A stretch of DNA of 64,000 nucleotides, from NCBI GenBank assembly GCA_963677925.2, contig CAXXYH010000003.1, positions 1,632,001-1,696,000 on the forward strand, in the 5' to 3' direction. The notes beneath the pieces are model-generated. The model was not told the origin of the DNA and did not search any database. It saw nothing but the letters and a program-made list of their open reading frames with translations. Each line of letters begins with the position of its first letter. The stretch's first letter is position 1. The position numbers were made by a program, and so were the translations under genes. The stretch is from Spirochaetia bacterium (lineage in GTDB: Bacteria > Spirochaetota > Spirochaetia > UBA9216). Positions 47,699 to 57,626 of the stretch are shown here, in pieces.

Positions 47699-48796
47699 TT
47701 ATTTTAACATTATCTGGCCGCCGGTTACCGGGAGGGCCTGTCCTGTTTCGTATTTCTGTTCTACAAGATAGAAAACAGCCTTTGACACATCAACAGGATT
47801 ACAGCCCCGGCCCATGGGAACCTTTGCCTCGTAGAATTCTTTTACATCCGCAATTGTCTTCGCACCAGGCACCTTTCCTGCGTTCAAATACTGAACAAAA
47901 AGTCCCCTTTCCGGATCCGACCAGAGAGGGCCTTCGAAGAAGTTCCCCGGACATATTGAGTTGACCTTGATATTGTCTGTTATCAGTTCCAGAGCAAAAC
48001 TCTGGGTAAGGCCGATTCCGCCGAACTTGCCGCCGGCATAGGCGCCGTTCTTGTTTGAACCTTCAAGCCCTGACTTTGAGTTTATCTGAATAACATCGGA
48101 GTAATAGTTTTTGCCGATTGATTCCGCACCCCGGTTCTGCTCAGCCATCAGGCGTGAGGCGAACTTGGTGCAGATGAAGTAGCCGGTGTAGTTTACCTTT
48201 GTCACAAACTCAAAATCTCCGAGATTCATCTCTTTAACGCTCCCGGCCTTAAGAACTCCGGCGTTGTTGATGAAAATATCAATTCCGCCCTTTTTCAGAG
48301 CAATGGTATTCATCATCTGTTCAACAGAAGCTTCATCAGCAACATTGACCTCGACGGCATCGCAGCATTCCCTGCCAATGGCCTTATTAGTCTGTGCGGC
48401 AAACTCCTGTGCACCCTTAAGGTTCATGTCGGCAACAAATACAAAGATATCCTTCTTTACCAGCTGTTCTACAATGCCTGCACCGAAACCCTGGGCGCCT
48501 CCGGTAACTACTGCGATCTTGCCTGCAAGGCCTGAAGGCCATCCGTCGCGCAGGGATGTGCTGATAGCAAAAGAACCCAGCCCGTCAACTGAAACAGCCT
48601 CAGGGACAGTATTATTGGCGGTAATATAGTCATTGTAGAGCTTACCGGGATTCTCAAAAAATGCGTCCGCATCCTTTACCGAAAGAACACCCGTTCCTGA
48701 TTTTACTTCCGGGCTGAAAGTAACAGCAGCTCCTGTTTCACCGTTATATGTAAGCCCGCGGATCAGCGGTGCTATAGCTTCTGCTTTTATGCTCAT
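47699..48796 (-). CDS. sorbitol-6-phosphate dehydrogenase-like SDR with about 90-aa N-terminal extension
   Basis: TGGAQGFG, NNAG, QINSKSG, YAGGKFGGIGLTQSFALEL, CPGN, TGQ...VTGGQ (SrlD/SorD-like). Confidence 0.82.
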   Translation of the reverse strand: MSIKAEAIAPLIRGLTYNGETGAAVTFSPEVKSGTGVLSVKDADAFFENPGKLYNDYITANNTVPEAVSVDGLGSFAISTSLRDGWPSGLAGKIAVVTGGAQGFGAGIVEQLVKKDIFVFVADMNLKGAQEFAAQTNKAIGRECCDAVEVNVADEASVEQMMNTIALKKGGIDIFINNAGVLKAGSVKEMNLGDFEFVTKVNYTGYFICTKFASRLMAEQNRGAESIGKNYYSDVIQINSKSGLEGSNKNGAYAGGKFGGIGLTQSFALELITDNIKVNSICPGNFFEGPLWSDPERGLFVQYLNAGKVPGAKTIADVKEFYEAKVPMGRGCNPVDVSKAVFYLVEQKYETGQALPVTGGQIMLK

Positions 48797-48797
48797 T

Positions 48798-50135
48798 TTA
48801 TGCTCCTATTAAATCGATTATATTTTCAGGATTAAAAAGATCCATCTTTTTTCCGGCCGCAGCATAGAACTCCATTCTTTCGGAAAGCGGCTTTGATGCG
48901 AATTCCCCTTCAGGATTGAATAGCGCATAAGATTCGTCGGCAGAGGCAAGATGCTCGTGAGCAATAAGAGTCCATGTTGCATCGATAAGATGTGTGAACT
49001 CGGGCTGAAGAATTTCAGGGCATCTGAAAACCTGTCTTGACGAGTTGATATCAACACCGCTGATCTGCATGAACTCATGATTATCGCAGAGAGCCTGTAC
49101 CCGAAGAAGCTGCTTAACAGTGTTTCTCGGCGGCATGTATGTTACAGCCTTGAAGCCTGTTTTTTTCAGTATTTCAAACAGTTCATCAAGATAATCATCT
49201 TCAAACTTTTCAGCCTTCTTGTCACCGGTAGGGCTTTCGGCAACATCGCCGAGGTAGGCATACGAAGGAATAGCATTAATACTGTTGGCAAATGCCACAA
49301 CCTTATCTGCGGCCGGACATTCAGCCTCATTAGGCTGGATAAAAAAAGACGGAACAAGATTGCTCTTTAGAATTCCCAGCAGATCATAAACATAGTGGGG
49401 ATTTTCCTGGTCGAGAAGGAAGCCTTTGATTTTATCAGTCAGCGGTATTCCCAGCTTATCAGCTACAAAATCGACAGTTCCCTGTCCTTTTCCGGCAGCT
49501 TCAATAATTTTGAGACTTAATGCATAAAGGATATGACGCTCGGTAACACCTCCGCCGTCTGCAGATTCGGAAATTGCAAGCACATCCTTCTCAAAATCCA
49601 GGGGTTCAAGAACTCCCTGAGGCAGGATGCTGTTGAGTTTTTCAACCTCCGCCCGGTTTCTGAGATTCCTCTCTTCCCTTATAGGCTTGATAAATTCCGC
49701 TACTTCCGCAAAGCGGCTGTGGGGAACGCCGTGAATACAGATGTATGCGCTGTTTATTGTGTCCGGGTTGTTAATCTTCCTGGTTTCAAGTGAAGTGCCT
49801 GAAAAGTTGACCCGAAGTTCAAATCCGGTTGTCGAACCGATGCCTATGGATTTACAGGCTTCAACCATCTCTGCGGCCGCTCCGATACTGTCATGATCAA
49901 CACTGCCGGCAGCCTTCAGCCCTGATGCCCAGGCCATGAATGCAGCTTTTGAGGGTGAGTAGGGACTGAATGAATAGATTGTATGAATATGATTATTCAC
50001 CTCATCGGTCTTTTCGTTTGCAAGCTTTCCGCTTTTAATCATATCCCCTATTGCAGAAGCAGCAGCCAGACGCTCGGTCCGGCTGCTGCTGTTGAGTTGC
50101 TCTAATAATACTTTTCCGGGATCGGTATTTATCAT
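48798..50135 (-). CDS. PHP-domain metallo-phosphoesterase-like protein
   Basis: [18 protein letters not shown] motifs of the PHP fold. Confidence 0.72.
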   Translation of the reverse strand: MINTDPGKVLLEQLNSSSRTERLAAASAIGDMIKSGKLANEKTDEVNNHIHTIYSFSPYSPSKAAFMAWASGLKAAGSVDHDSIGAAAEMVEACKSIGIGSTTGFELRVNFSGTSLETRKINNPDTINSAYICIHGVPHSRFAEVAEFIKPIREERNLRNRAEVEKLNSILPQGVLEPLDFEKDVLAISESADGGGVTERHILYALSLKIIEAAGKGQGTVDFVADKLGIPLTDKIKGFLLDQENPHYVYDLLGILKSNLVPSFFIQPNEAECPAADKVVAFANSINAIPSYAYLGDVAESPTGDKKAEKFEDDYLDELFEILKKTGFKAVTYMPPRNTVKQLLRVQALCDNHEFMQISGVDINSSRQVFRCPEILQPEFTHLIDATWTLIAHEHLASADESYALFNPEGEFASKPLSERMEFYAAAGKKMDLFNPENIIDLIGA

Positions 50136-52591
50136 ACACCTTCCCTCTGGGATCTGAGGAGCTCTCCGTTGGTCTGAACAGATGAAGAGCTGTGACCTGA
50201 AAGCGGAATTATGTTTTCATCAATAGCATCGATGATCCACTTTGATGTCGGGAAGAAGTAGTCTTCCATCTCTGCCGGCGGTGTGATCCAGTTCTTTGAA
50301 CCGACAACTACCGGAGGAGCATCAAGGTAATCAAATGCAAGTCTGCTGATATTTGATGCAATGTTGTGGAGGTATGAACCTCTCTCGCTTGCGTCTGATG
50401 AAAGAACAACCTTACCGGTCTTCTTAACAGACTCGATGATCTTGTCATAGTTAAGCGGATTGATAAATCTGAGGTCGATAACCTCTGCACTCATTCCGTA
50501 TTTTTCCTGAAGCTCATCGGCAGCCTTGACTGCTTCATACAGTGTGGCACCGATAGTGATAATAGTTAAATCGCTTCCGGTTCTTCTGACTGCCGGTTCG
50601 CCTTCTTCAATTTCATAGTAGCCTTCAGGAACACCGGCTTTTTCAAACTCTTCTCCTACGCCGTAGAGTTTCTGGCTTTCAAAGAAGATAACAGGGTCTG
50701 TTCCGCTGAGTGCCAGGTTAAGCATACCCTTTGCGTCATAAGGAGTTGCGGGAAACATTGCCTTGAGTCCCGGAATGTGGGCTACAAGGGCCGACCAGTC
50801 CTGTGAGTGCTGTGCGCCGTACTTGTTTCCGACAGAAACGCGGAGGACAAGCGGCATTCTCAGCTCTCCGCCGGACATTGACTGCCACTTGGGCATCTGG
50901 TTGAAGACCTCGTCACCTGATCTTCCGAGGAAGTCGCAGTACATAAGTTCAACCATTGCACGTCCGCCGCTCATAGCGTAGCCTACTGCAGAACCGACTA
51001 TTGCACCCTCTGAGATGGGTGAATTGAACAGTCTGTGGTACGGAAGCGCTTCTGTAAGACCGCGGTATACGGCAAAGGCTCCGCCCCAGTCACGGTTTTC
51101 TTCACCGTATGCGACCAGTGTAGGGTCGGTATAGAAGCCGTGAACTGCTGCTTCAAAAAGCGCGTCACGGTACACAAACTGCTTTGATGCGGGAATCTTG
51201 TTTCCGGCTTCATCGAAGGCGTACCTGATCTTTTTCGCGTTAGCCTTTACTCTCGGGTTCTCTTCAAGAGGCATAAGAACTTCAGGCTCACGGTCATCTA
51301 GCTTTTCCATCTTTGTGTTTGAGAACATTACAGACTCTATGAACTTTCCGTCGACAAATCTTGAGATATTGTCGTCTATAGCAATCTTCATTGTGTTTGT
51401 TATTTTGCCGACAACCTTCTCTTTCAGGCTGTCTGAAGCCTTCTGATCAAAAACACCGTTTTCAATAAGGTACTTTTCAAAATTCTGAATTACATCAGCA
51501 TCCCTGAAAGCATCCATCTCTTCCTTGCTTCTGTAGGATGACGCATCAGAAGGTGAATGACCTGAGAGCCTGTAGGTAATTGTATCCATAAGAACAGGGC
51601 CCTTGCCTTCAAGCAGGAGTTTTTTCTTTCTGGACATTGCATCTGCAACTGCAAGAGGGTTGAATCCGTCTACACGTTCTGCATGCATATTGTCCGGGTT
51701 GACACCGGCGCCGATTCTCGCAGGCTCCTTGTAACCCATGGTTTCACCGTTTGTCTGGCCGCCCATCGCGTAGAAGTTATTGAAAATATTGAGCATGAAG
51801 GGAGGTGCACCGCCCAGGTCCTTGTCCCAGAGATTATTGTACTGGTCCATCGCGGCCAGCATCAGGCCTTCCCATACAGGGCCGCAGCCCATTGAGCCGT
51901 CGCCTATGTTGGCAATTACGATACCGGGCTTACGGTTGATTCTCTTGTAAAGGGCTGAACCGACGCTGATGTCGGCACTTCCGCCTACGATTGCGTTATT
52001 GGGCATGCTGCCGAAGGGGGCAAAGAAGGTGTGCATTGAACCGCCGAGGCCTCTGTTGAAACCGGGGGCTCTTGCGAAAATCTCTGCGAGTGCTCCGTAG
52101 AGAACAAAGTTCTCTGCAAGGTCTTTTACGTTATCGCCCTTGTGGTGCTTATCAACGATGCCTAAAGCTTCACCGTTCATGAAGCCTTCCATTGTTGATT
52201 TCAGGCTTGCTTCATCAAGCTTCTTGATAGCGGAAAAACACTTTGCAAGTATTTCACCGTGGCTTCGGTGTGAACCGAAGATAAAGTCGTCTGTATCAAG
52301 GACGGCGCACTGACCGACCGATGCGGATTCCTGACCGGCTGAAAGGTGTGCAGGGCCCTTGTGGTTGTATTCAAGACCGTTGTAGGAACCTTCCTTCTTG
52401 ATGAGATCGAGCATGGTTTCAAACTCGCGGATAATAAGCATGTCGTAGTACATGCCGATAAGGCCGTCTTTTCCGTACAGCTTAAGTTCTTTCTTGATAT
52501 CAGGCTTATACTGGTTAACCGGTATATCCTTTATTTTGATGGTGCCGGGTTTTCTTACCTCTTCCGGCCTTATTTCAAGTATTTTAGGCAT
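50132..52591 (-). CDS. fused E1 alpha/beta subunit of a 2-oxoacid/acetoin dehydrogenase-type complex
   Basis: HLSAGQE, HRSHG, GGSMH, GDG...[11 protein letters not shown] (alpha); [30 protein letters not shown] (beta). Confidence 0.9.
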   Translation of the reverse strand: MPKILEIRPEEVRKPGTIKIKDIPVNQYKPDIKKELKLYGKDGLIGMYYDMLIIREFETMLDLIKKEGSYNGLEYNHKGPAHLSAGQESASVGQCAVLDTDDFIFGSHRSHGEILAKCFSAIKKLDEASLKSTMEGFMNGEALGIVDKHHKGDNVKDLAENFVLYGALAEIFARAPGFNRGLGGSMHTFFAPFGSMPNNAIVGGSADISVGSALYKRINRKPGIVIANIGDGSMGCGPVWEGLMLAAMDQYNNLWDKDLGGAPPFMLNIFNNFYAMGGQTNGETMGYKEPARIGAGVNPDNMHAERVDGFNPLAVADAMSRKKKLLLEGKGPVLMDTITYRLSGHSPSDASSYRSKEEMDAFRDADVIQNFEKYLIENGVFDQKASDSLKEKVVGKITNTMKIAIDDNISRFVDGKFIESVMFSNTKMEKLDDREPEVLMPLEENPRVKANAKKIRYAFDEAGNKIPASKQFVYRDALFEAAVHGFYTDPTLVAYGEENRDWGGAFAVYRGLTEALPYHRLFNSPISEGAIVGSAVGYAMSGGRAMVELMYCDFLGRSGDEVFNQMPKWQSMSGGELRMPLVLRVSVGNKYGAQHSQDWSALVAHIPGLKAMFPATPYDAKGMLNLALSGTDPVIFFESQKLYGVGEEFEKAGVPEGYYEIEEGEPAVRRTGSDLTIITIGATLYEAVKAADELQEKYGMSAEVIDLRFINPLNYDKIIESVKKTGKVVLSSDASERGSYLHNIASNISRLAFDYLDAPPVVVGSKNWITPPAEMEDYFFPTSKWIIDAIDENIIPLSGHSSSSVQTNGELLRSQREGV

Positions 52592-52620
52592 TTGATAACT
52601 CCTTATAACTTAGCACCGGA

Positions 52621-53946
52621 TTAAAGCATCCAGCATACATCTTTGATAATTTCCGACACACTCGGGTGCGGGAAGATAATTTCTCTCATATCCTTTGTAC
52701 GAAGTTCCGCTTCAATTGCTGCAGCGGCTGTACCTATCATCTCTGAACAGACGGCGCCGATCATGTGAACGCCGAGAATCATGTCGGTATCGGCATCGGC
52801 TATAACCTTGCACATACCGGCTTCCTTTCCGTGTTCGGCGAGAAAGCGTCCGTTTGCCCTCATCTGCATGGCGGCAGATTTCACGTTGTATCCGGCGGCC
52901 TTTGCATCCTTTTCTGTGTATCCGCATCCGGCAACTTCAGGCAGTGAGTAGACAGCCCAGGGAACGGCGTTGTATCTCATTATTCCGCCTGCTCCGAACA
53001 TGTTCATCACGGCAACCTCACCCATTCTTGATGCCGAGTGGGCAAGCAGTGATTTTCCGGTAACATCGCCTACAGCATAAATGCCCGGGATATTGGTCCG
53101 CATGTGCTCGTCAACGGCAACGCCCTTCGGGCTGTAATCTATTCCAAGATTTTCGAAACCGCCTGTATTCGGGCGTCTTCCTACCGACATCAGGACAAGA
53201 TCAGCTTTTACGCTTTCCTTCTTTCCGTCCTTTTCATATTCAACGCCGTCGGCAGTAATAGCAGTAACCTTTGATGAAAGCAGGAAGTTAACCGCGCCCA
53301 TTTCCTTTCGCAGGAGCTTGGCGGTTTCTCCGTCCATCATCGGACATATCTCATCCATCATCTCAATAACGCTTACTTCAACGCCTACATTACTGAAGAA
53401 GGAAGCAAACTCAACGCCGATAACACCGCCGCCGATAACCGCCAGCTTTTTCGGCAGTTCTTCAAGCGCCAGAATTTCACGGTTTGTAACTACATTCGGT
53501 CCGTCAAATCCGGGAATAGGAGGAACGAAGGCAGAAGACCCGGTAGCGATAATCAGGTTCTCACCCTCGTATACAGTTTCGCCGACCTTCACCTTTTTCC
53601 CTCCGGGAAAAACGGCCTCACCGTAAACAACTTCAACCTTGCCCTGCTTCATCAGAAAGGCAATACCCTTGCGGAGGCTGTCAATGGTTTCATTCTTCCA
53701 GGCCATTGCCTCGGAAAAATTAAAGACCGGATTATCAAAATGAACGCCGAACTTTGCGGCTTCCTTTCCGTATGTAAAATGCTTTGCGGCATTCAGAAGA
53801 CTCTTTGTAGGAATACAGCCGTGGTTTGTGCAGACACCGCCAAGGTTCTCCTTTTCAACAAGCAGAACCTTCTTTCCCATATGGCCGGCACGCTCAGCGG
53901 CAACATAGCCTCCGGGACCGGCTCCAACAACTATCAAATCAAACAT
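52621..53946 (-). CDS. lpdA: dihydrolipoyl dehydrogenase (E3)
   Basis: GAGPGGYVAA, GGVCTNHGCIPTK, GGGVIGVE, LAH.A, HPSVSE. Confidence 0.95.
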   Translation of the reverse strand: MFDLIVVGAGPGGYVAAERAGHMGKKVLLVEKENLGGVCTNHGCIPTKSLLNAAKHFTYGKEAAKFGVHFDNPVFNFSEAMAWKNETIDSLRKGIAFLMKQGKVEVVYGEAVFPGGKKVKVGETVYEGENLIIATGSSAFVPPIPGFDGPNVVTNREILALEELPKKLAVIGGGVIGVEFASFFSNVGVEVSVIEMMDEICPMMDGETAKLLRKEMGAVNFLLSSKVTAITADGVEYEKDGKKESVKADLVLMSVGRRPNTGGFENLGIDYSPKGVAVDEHMRTNIPGIYAVGDVTGKSLLAHSASRMGEVAVMNMFGAGGIMRYNAVPWAVYSLPEVAGCGYTEKDAKAAGYNVKSAAMQMRANGRFLAEHGKEAGMCKVIADADTDMILGVHMIGAVCSEMIGTAAAAIEAELRTKDMREIIFPHPSVSEIIKDVCWML

Positions 53947-53966
53947 AATTCAAACTCCAGTAATTT

Positions 53967-55310
53967 CTACAGTGCGAGGTAGATCCCGATATTCTCAACC
54001 GCGGTCCTGATATCGGCACAGAACTTTGATGCCGGAGCACCGTCTGCAGCCTGATGATCATAGGTCAGTGAGAAGCCGATGTGATCACGGTACTCAACTC
54101 CGTTCGCTGTTCTCACAGGCTTAAGCTGGGTTGAGCAGACACCGAGTATTCCTATCTCCGGCGGATTAATAATCGGAGTAAAGCTGTCAATTCCAAAAGC
54201 GCCTACATTGCTGAGAGTGAAGGTGGCTCCTGTAAGTTCATCGGGCTGGGCCTTTCCTTCACGGCAGGCTGCAATAAGTCTTGCCGCTTCTGCGGAAAGC
54301 TCCTTCAGGCTGAGGCTGTCGGCATTCTTTATTACCGGAACAAGCAGACCCTTGGGAGTATCACATGCGAAACCGAGATGGACACTGTCAAAATATCTCA
54401 TTGTGTCGCCGAGCCAGTGGCAGTTGAACTCAGGATGAAGCTTCAGAACCCTAGAAGCGGCAAACATTACGATATCGTTTATGCTGACCTTTCCAAGACC
54501 GAGTTCTTCAGGAGAGTTCTTGAACTTTGCACGGTAGGCAAGAAGTTCGGTAGCATCTGCTGTAAAATTGTGTGTGAGCTGGGCTGTCATTGAAAGCGAT
54601 TCCATCATCCTCGCGGCGGTAATCTTTCTTACACCCTTAACCTTTTCATCCCTGAAAGCGCCCGGGAACGGCAGGGCTGCCGATGCGGAAGCTGCAGTAC
54701 CAGCTGCCGTAGAAGCAGCTGGTGCAGAGGAAAGGTCCTGAAGTCTGACCCTTCCGCCGATTCCAGTACCCTCTGCGGGTGCAGTAAGCCCCTGCTCTAT
54801 TGCAGCAGCAACAGCTGCAGGAGTAAGGGGTTCCTTTCCGGCAAGAGCACCTAAAACATCACGCTCAATTACACGTCCTCCGGGTCCGCTTCCTGCAAGG
54901 CCTGAAGCATCAAAGCCCTTTCCGGCAGCGAGGTTTCTTGCCCTGGGAGATACGAAGCTGTCTCCGCCGGTTGAGTTCACCGCAGGTGCAGCCTGGGCTG
55001 CCGCAGGTGCGGATGCGGAAGCACCGTCACCTGAGGCTGCAAACTCGGCTTCAAAGCTGCTTATATCTTCACCGGGTTCACCGATAACCGCCATCATTTT
55101 CTGTACAGGCACTTCGGTATCCGGTCCGTAAAAAATCTTTAGAATGGTACCTTCAGCAGTAGATTCAACCTCTATGGTTGCCTTGTCGGTCTCTGCCTCG
55201 CAGACTACATCACCGACATTAACCCGGTCGCCTTCCTTCTTCATCCATTCAAGAATGAGACAGGACTCTACCGAGTTACCCTGCTTTGGCATCAATAACG
55301 CTGTTGCCAT
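53967..55310 (-). CDS. dihydrolipoamide acyltransferase (E2)
   Basis: Lipoyl domain ETDKA, SPRAR...GSGPGGRV..RDV, TFTLSNVG, PIINPP, TYDHQAADG. Confidence 0.92.
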   Translation of the reverse strand: MATALLMPKQGNSVESCLILEWMKKEGDRVNVGDVVCEAETDKATIEVESTAEGTILKIFYGPDTEVPVQKMMAVIGEPGEDISSFEAEFAASGDGASASAPAAAQAAPAVNSTGGDSFVSPRARNLAAGKGFDASGLAGSGPGGRVIERDVLGALAGKEPLTPAAVAAAIEQGLTAPAEGTGIGGRVRLQDLSSAPAASTAAGTAASASAALPFPGAFRDEKVKGVRKITAARMMESLSMTAQLTHNFTADATELLAYRAKFKNSPEELGLGKVSINDIVMFAASRVLKLHPEFNCHWLGDTMRYFDSVHLGFACDTPKGLLVPVIKNADSLSLKELSAEAARLIAACREGKAQPDELTGATFTLSNVGAFGIDSFTPIINPPEIGILGVCSTQLKPVRTANGVEYRDHIGFSLTYDHQAADGAPASKFCADIRTAVENIGIYLAL

Positions 55311-55427
55311 ATTTCTCTCCTAATAATACATCAATCATTCTGCCGTGACGGCAGGTTCAAAAATGAAGTTTTAAAGCATAGCTTTCAAACTTCTGAAAAT
55401 CGAAAATACACGGATGTGTTCTCGATT

Positions 55428-56180
55428 TTAAACGATCTTCAGGTTAAGTCCTTTTTCTTCCATTTCAGCTCTGACCGTCTGGTCCAATCCCTCATCCGAA
55501 ATAATCAGGTCTGTACTCTCAAGCGGCAGGATTTTCACAAATCCCACCTTGTTGTATTTTCCCGAGTCAGCAAGAAGAACGGTCTTTTCCGACTGTCTGA
55601 CCATCTTTTTAATAATTTCGGAATTCTCAACAAGCTGGGTGGTCATCCCGCTTTGATAAGAGAATCCTTCCGTTCCGATAAAAGCAATTTTCACATGGTA
55701 GGCATCCAGCTGTCTGATTGGCTCCGGGCCCACAACAGCTTCAGCCATCGGACGGAATTCTCCGCCTACAAGCGTAAGGTTTATTGAAGGGTTCATCCTT
55801 GCATACGGAAGAAGCAGGGTTGAATTTGTTACTATTCTGATATCTCTTTTACCCAGGAGATAATTCCCGATATACGCAGTTGTCGTACCTGCACATATCA
55901 TAATGGAATCGCCGTCTTCAACCATTGAAGCAGCTTCCTTTGCAATCCTTCTTTTTACATCAGTCATATCCCTCTGACGCTCAAGAATCTCCGGATGCAT
56001 TGCCGGAACAGCCCCGCCCCGGGTTTTCACGAGCACGCCTTTTTCAACCAGACTGTTAAAATCGCTTCTGACAGTCACGGTTGAAACATTCAGCCGCTCG
56101 CTTATCTCCGAGACGCTGACCCTGCCCTCTTCAGACAGGATCTCAACTATCCGCCTTTCTCTTTCGGTTAAACTATGCAT
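55428..56180 (-). CDS. DeoR/GlpR-family transcriptional regulator
   Basis: VSTVTVRSDF..L...G...KTRGGA, KRRIAKEAA, AGTTT, LADSGK. Confidence 0.93.
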   Translation of the reverse strand: MHSLTERERRIVEILSEEGRVSVSEISERLNVSTVTVRSDFNSLVEKGVLVKTRGGAVPAMHPEILERQRDMTDVKRRIAKEAASMVEDGDSIMICAGTTTAYIGNYLLGKRDIRIVTNSTLLLPYARMNPSINLTLVGGEFRPMAEAVVGPEPIRQLDAYHVKIAFIGTEGFSYQSGMTTQLVENSEIIKKMVRQSEKTVLLADSGKYNKVGFVKILPLESTDLIISDEGLDQTVRAEMEEKGLNLKIV

Positions 56181-56189
56181 GCCTTACCG

Positions 56190-57452
56190 CTAAATTGAGG
56201 TACTGTGAGCAAGAAGATATTTTTCAGCTTCAAGGTTCCACAAGCCGTTATGTTTCTTTACGAGCTTATCAAGTTCGGCAAAAACAGGGTCTGACTTGCC
56301 GAGTTCTTCAAAATCGGCAATTGCTGTAAGCGGCATGCTCTTCTGAACATAAATCAGTTTTTTGCCGCCGGGAATCTTGGGCAGATTGAGTGTTGTCTCG
56401 ACAACTGAATCAAGTCCGCCGATATGGGTTATCATCGATGCCGGATTAAGCTCTCCGCGTCCCATCATCTCAAGAGATTCACGCATATCGGCTGTGTTTC
56501 CGCCGCTTGTTCCTACAAGGTGATGGAACTCATAATGTACATTGTAAAAATTGAGTTCAGCTTTGAACTCTGTATTTGAAGGTCCTGCAAAGAAGTTCAG
56601 ACATCCGTCTTTTGTAAGGATTGAGTCTCCCTGTTCAATAAGAGGTTTCACAGGAGCCATAACCAGTACATCGTCGTAGCCTGCTCCGCCTGTCTGATCC
56701 ATAAGAAGCTTAACAGGATCTGATGTATCCTTTGTATTCAGATAGATGAGCTTTACACCGTTTTTGGCAGCCTCTTCGACGCTGTAGACTTCGGCTGCCC
56801 GTTTAAGTCGGGTGTCATCAATATCAGTGACAACAAGAAGCCCGGGTTTAACCGGATTATGTATGGCGTAATCTATTGCGCCAAGTCCCATCGGACCTAC
56901 ACCGGCGATAATTGCGAGATTTCCGCCTTCCTTGATACCCATGTTATGGATATAAGTGCCCTGGGGAATGTGATACATGGCATGATATGTCCCGACAATA
57001 CAGGAAACAGGTTCACTCAGTGATCCCATGAAGTAGGCATCTCCCTCATAAGGAAGAAGACAGTCCATTTCCATTACTTCGTTGGGAATCAGTATATTTG
57101 TCGCATCACCGCCGATGTAATGGAATGAATAGCCCGGAGCATCAAGGCTTCCCTTATAATTTAGTGCCGGCTGAATTGAAAACTTCTGGCCTGGTTTGAA
57201 CTTATCAGCCCATTTTGAACCTACTTCAAGAATCTCTCCGCAGAATTCATGGCCGATCATTGTAGGATTCTGCGCAACATCATCGGGAACCCTTTTATGT
57301 TCCGGCCCCTGGATAGCAGCCTTATATGAAGACATACAGATACTGTCTGAAATTACTGTTGCGAGTATTTCATCGTCTTTCATTGCCGGAAGCTCAAACT
57401 CCTCGAGCCTGAGGTCGTTCTTTCCGTATATTCGTACAGCTTTGGTTTTCAT
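56190..57452 (-). CDS. L-sorbose-1-phosphate reductase-like zinc-binding (MDR) dehydrogenase
   Basis: MKTKAVRIYGKNDLRLEEF, DSICMSSYKA..QG..HKRVP, GHE, DGCLNFFAGP, NFYNVHY, GTSGG (SorE-like). Confidence 0.85.
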   Translation of the reverse strand: MKTKAVRIYGKNDLRLEEFELPAMKDDEILATVISDSICMSSYKAAIQGPEHKRVPDDVAQNPTMIGHEFCGEILEVGSKWADKFKPGQKFSIQPALNYKGSLDAPGYSFHYIGGDATNILIPNEVMEMDCLLPYEGDAYFMGSLSEPVSCIVGTYHAMYHIPQGTYIHNMGIKEGGNLAIIAGVGPMGLGAIDYAIHNPVKPGLLVVTDIDDTRLKRAAEVYSVEEAAKNGVKLIYLNTKDTSDPVKLLMDQTGGAGYDDVLVMAPVKPLIEQGDSILTKDGCLNFFAGPSNTEFKAELNFYNVHYEFHHLVGTSGGNTADMRESLEMMGRGELNPASMITHIGGLDSVVETTLNLPKIPGGKKLIYVQKSMPLTAIADFEELGKSDPVFAELDKLVKKHNGLWNLEAEKYLLAHSTSI

Positions 57453-57484
57453 AATTCCTCCTTAAGGTTTCTAAAAACACCATA

Positions 57485-57546
57485 TTTACTTTCTATTTAC
57501 TTTCTTTTACCTTTCTATAATATTTACATTGGGTTTACATTGTCAA
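57485..57546 (-). promoter_or_regulatory. promoter of the DeoR operon overlapped by about 11-bp periodic direct repeats (candidate DeoR operator)
   Basis: Minus strand TTGACA (57541-57546)-N18-TATTAT; TTTAC repeats at 57485, 57496, 57506, 57523, 57534. Confidence 0.55.
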
Positions 57547-57626
57547 GTAAATCGCTATCACTTTTATATACATTGATGATTTTTTTAACTCCTTGACAAC
57601 CTTTTTATTCCTAGAATAATAAGTAT

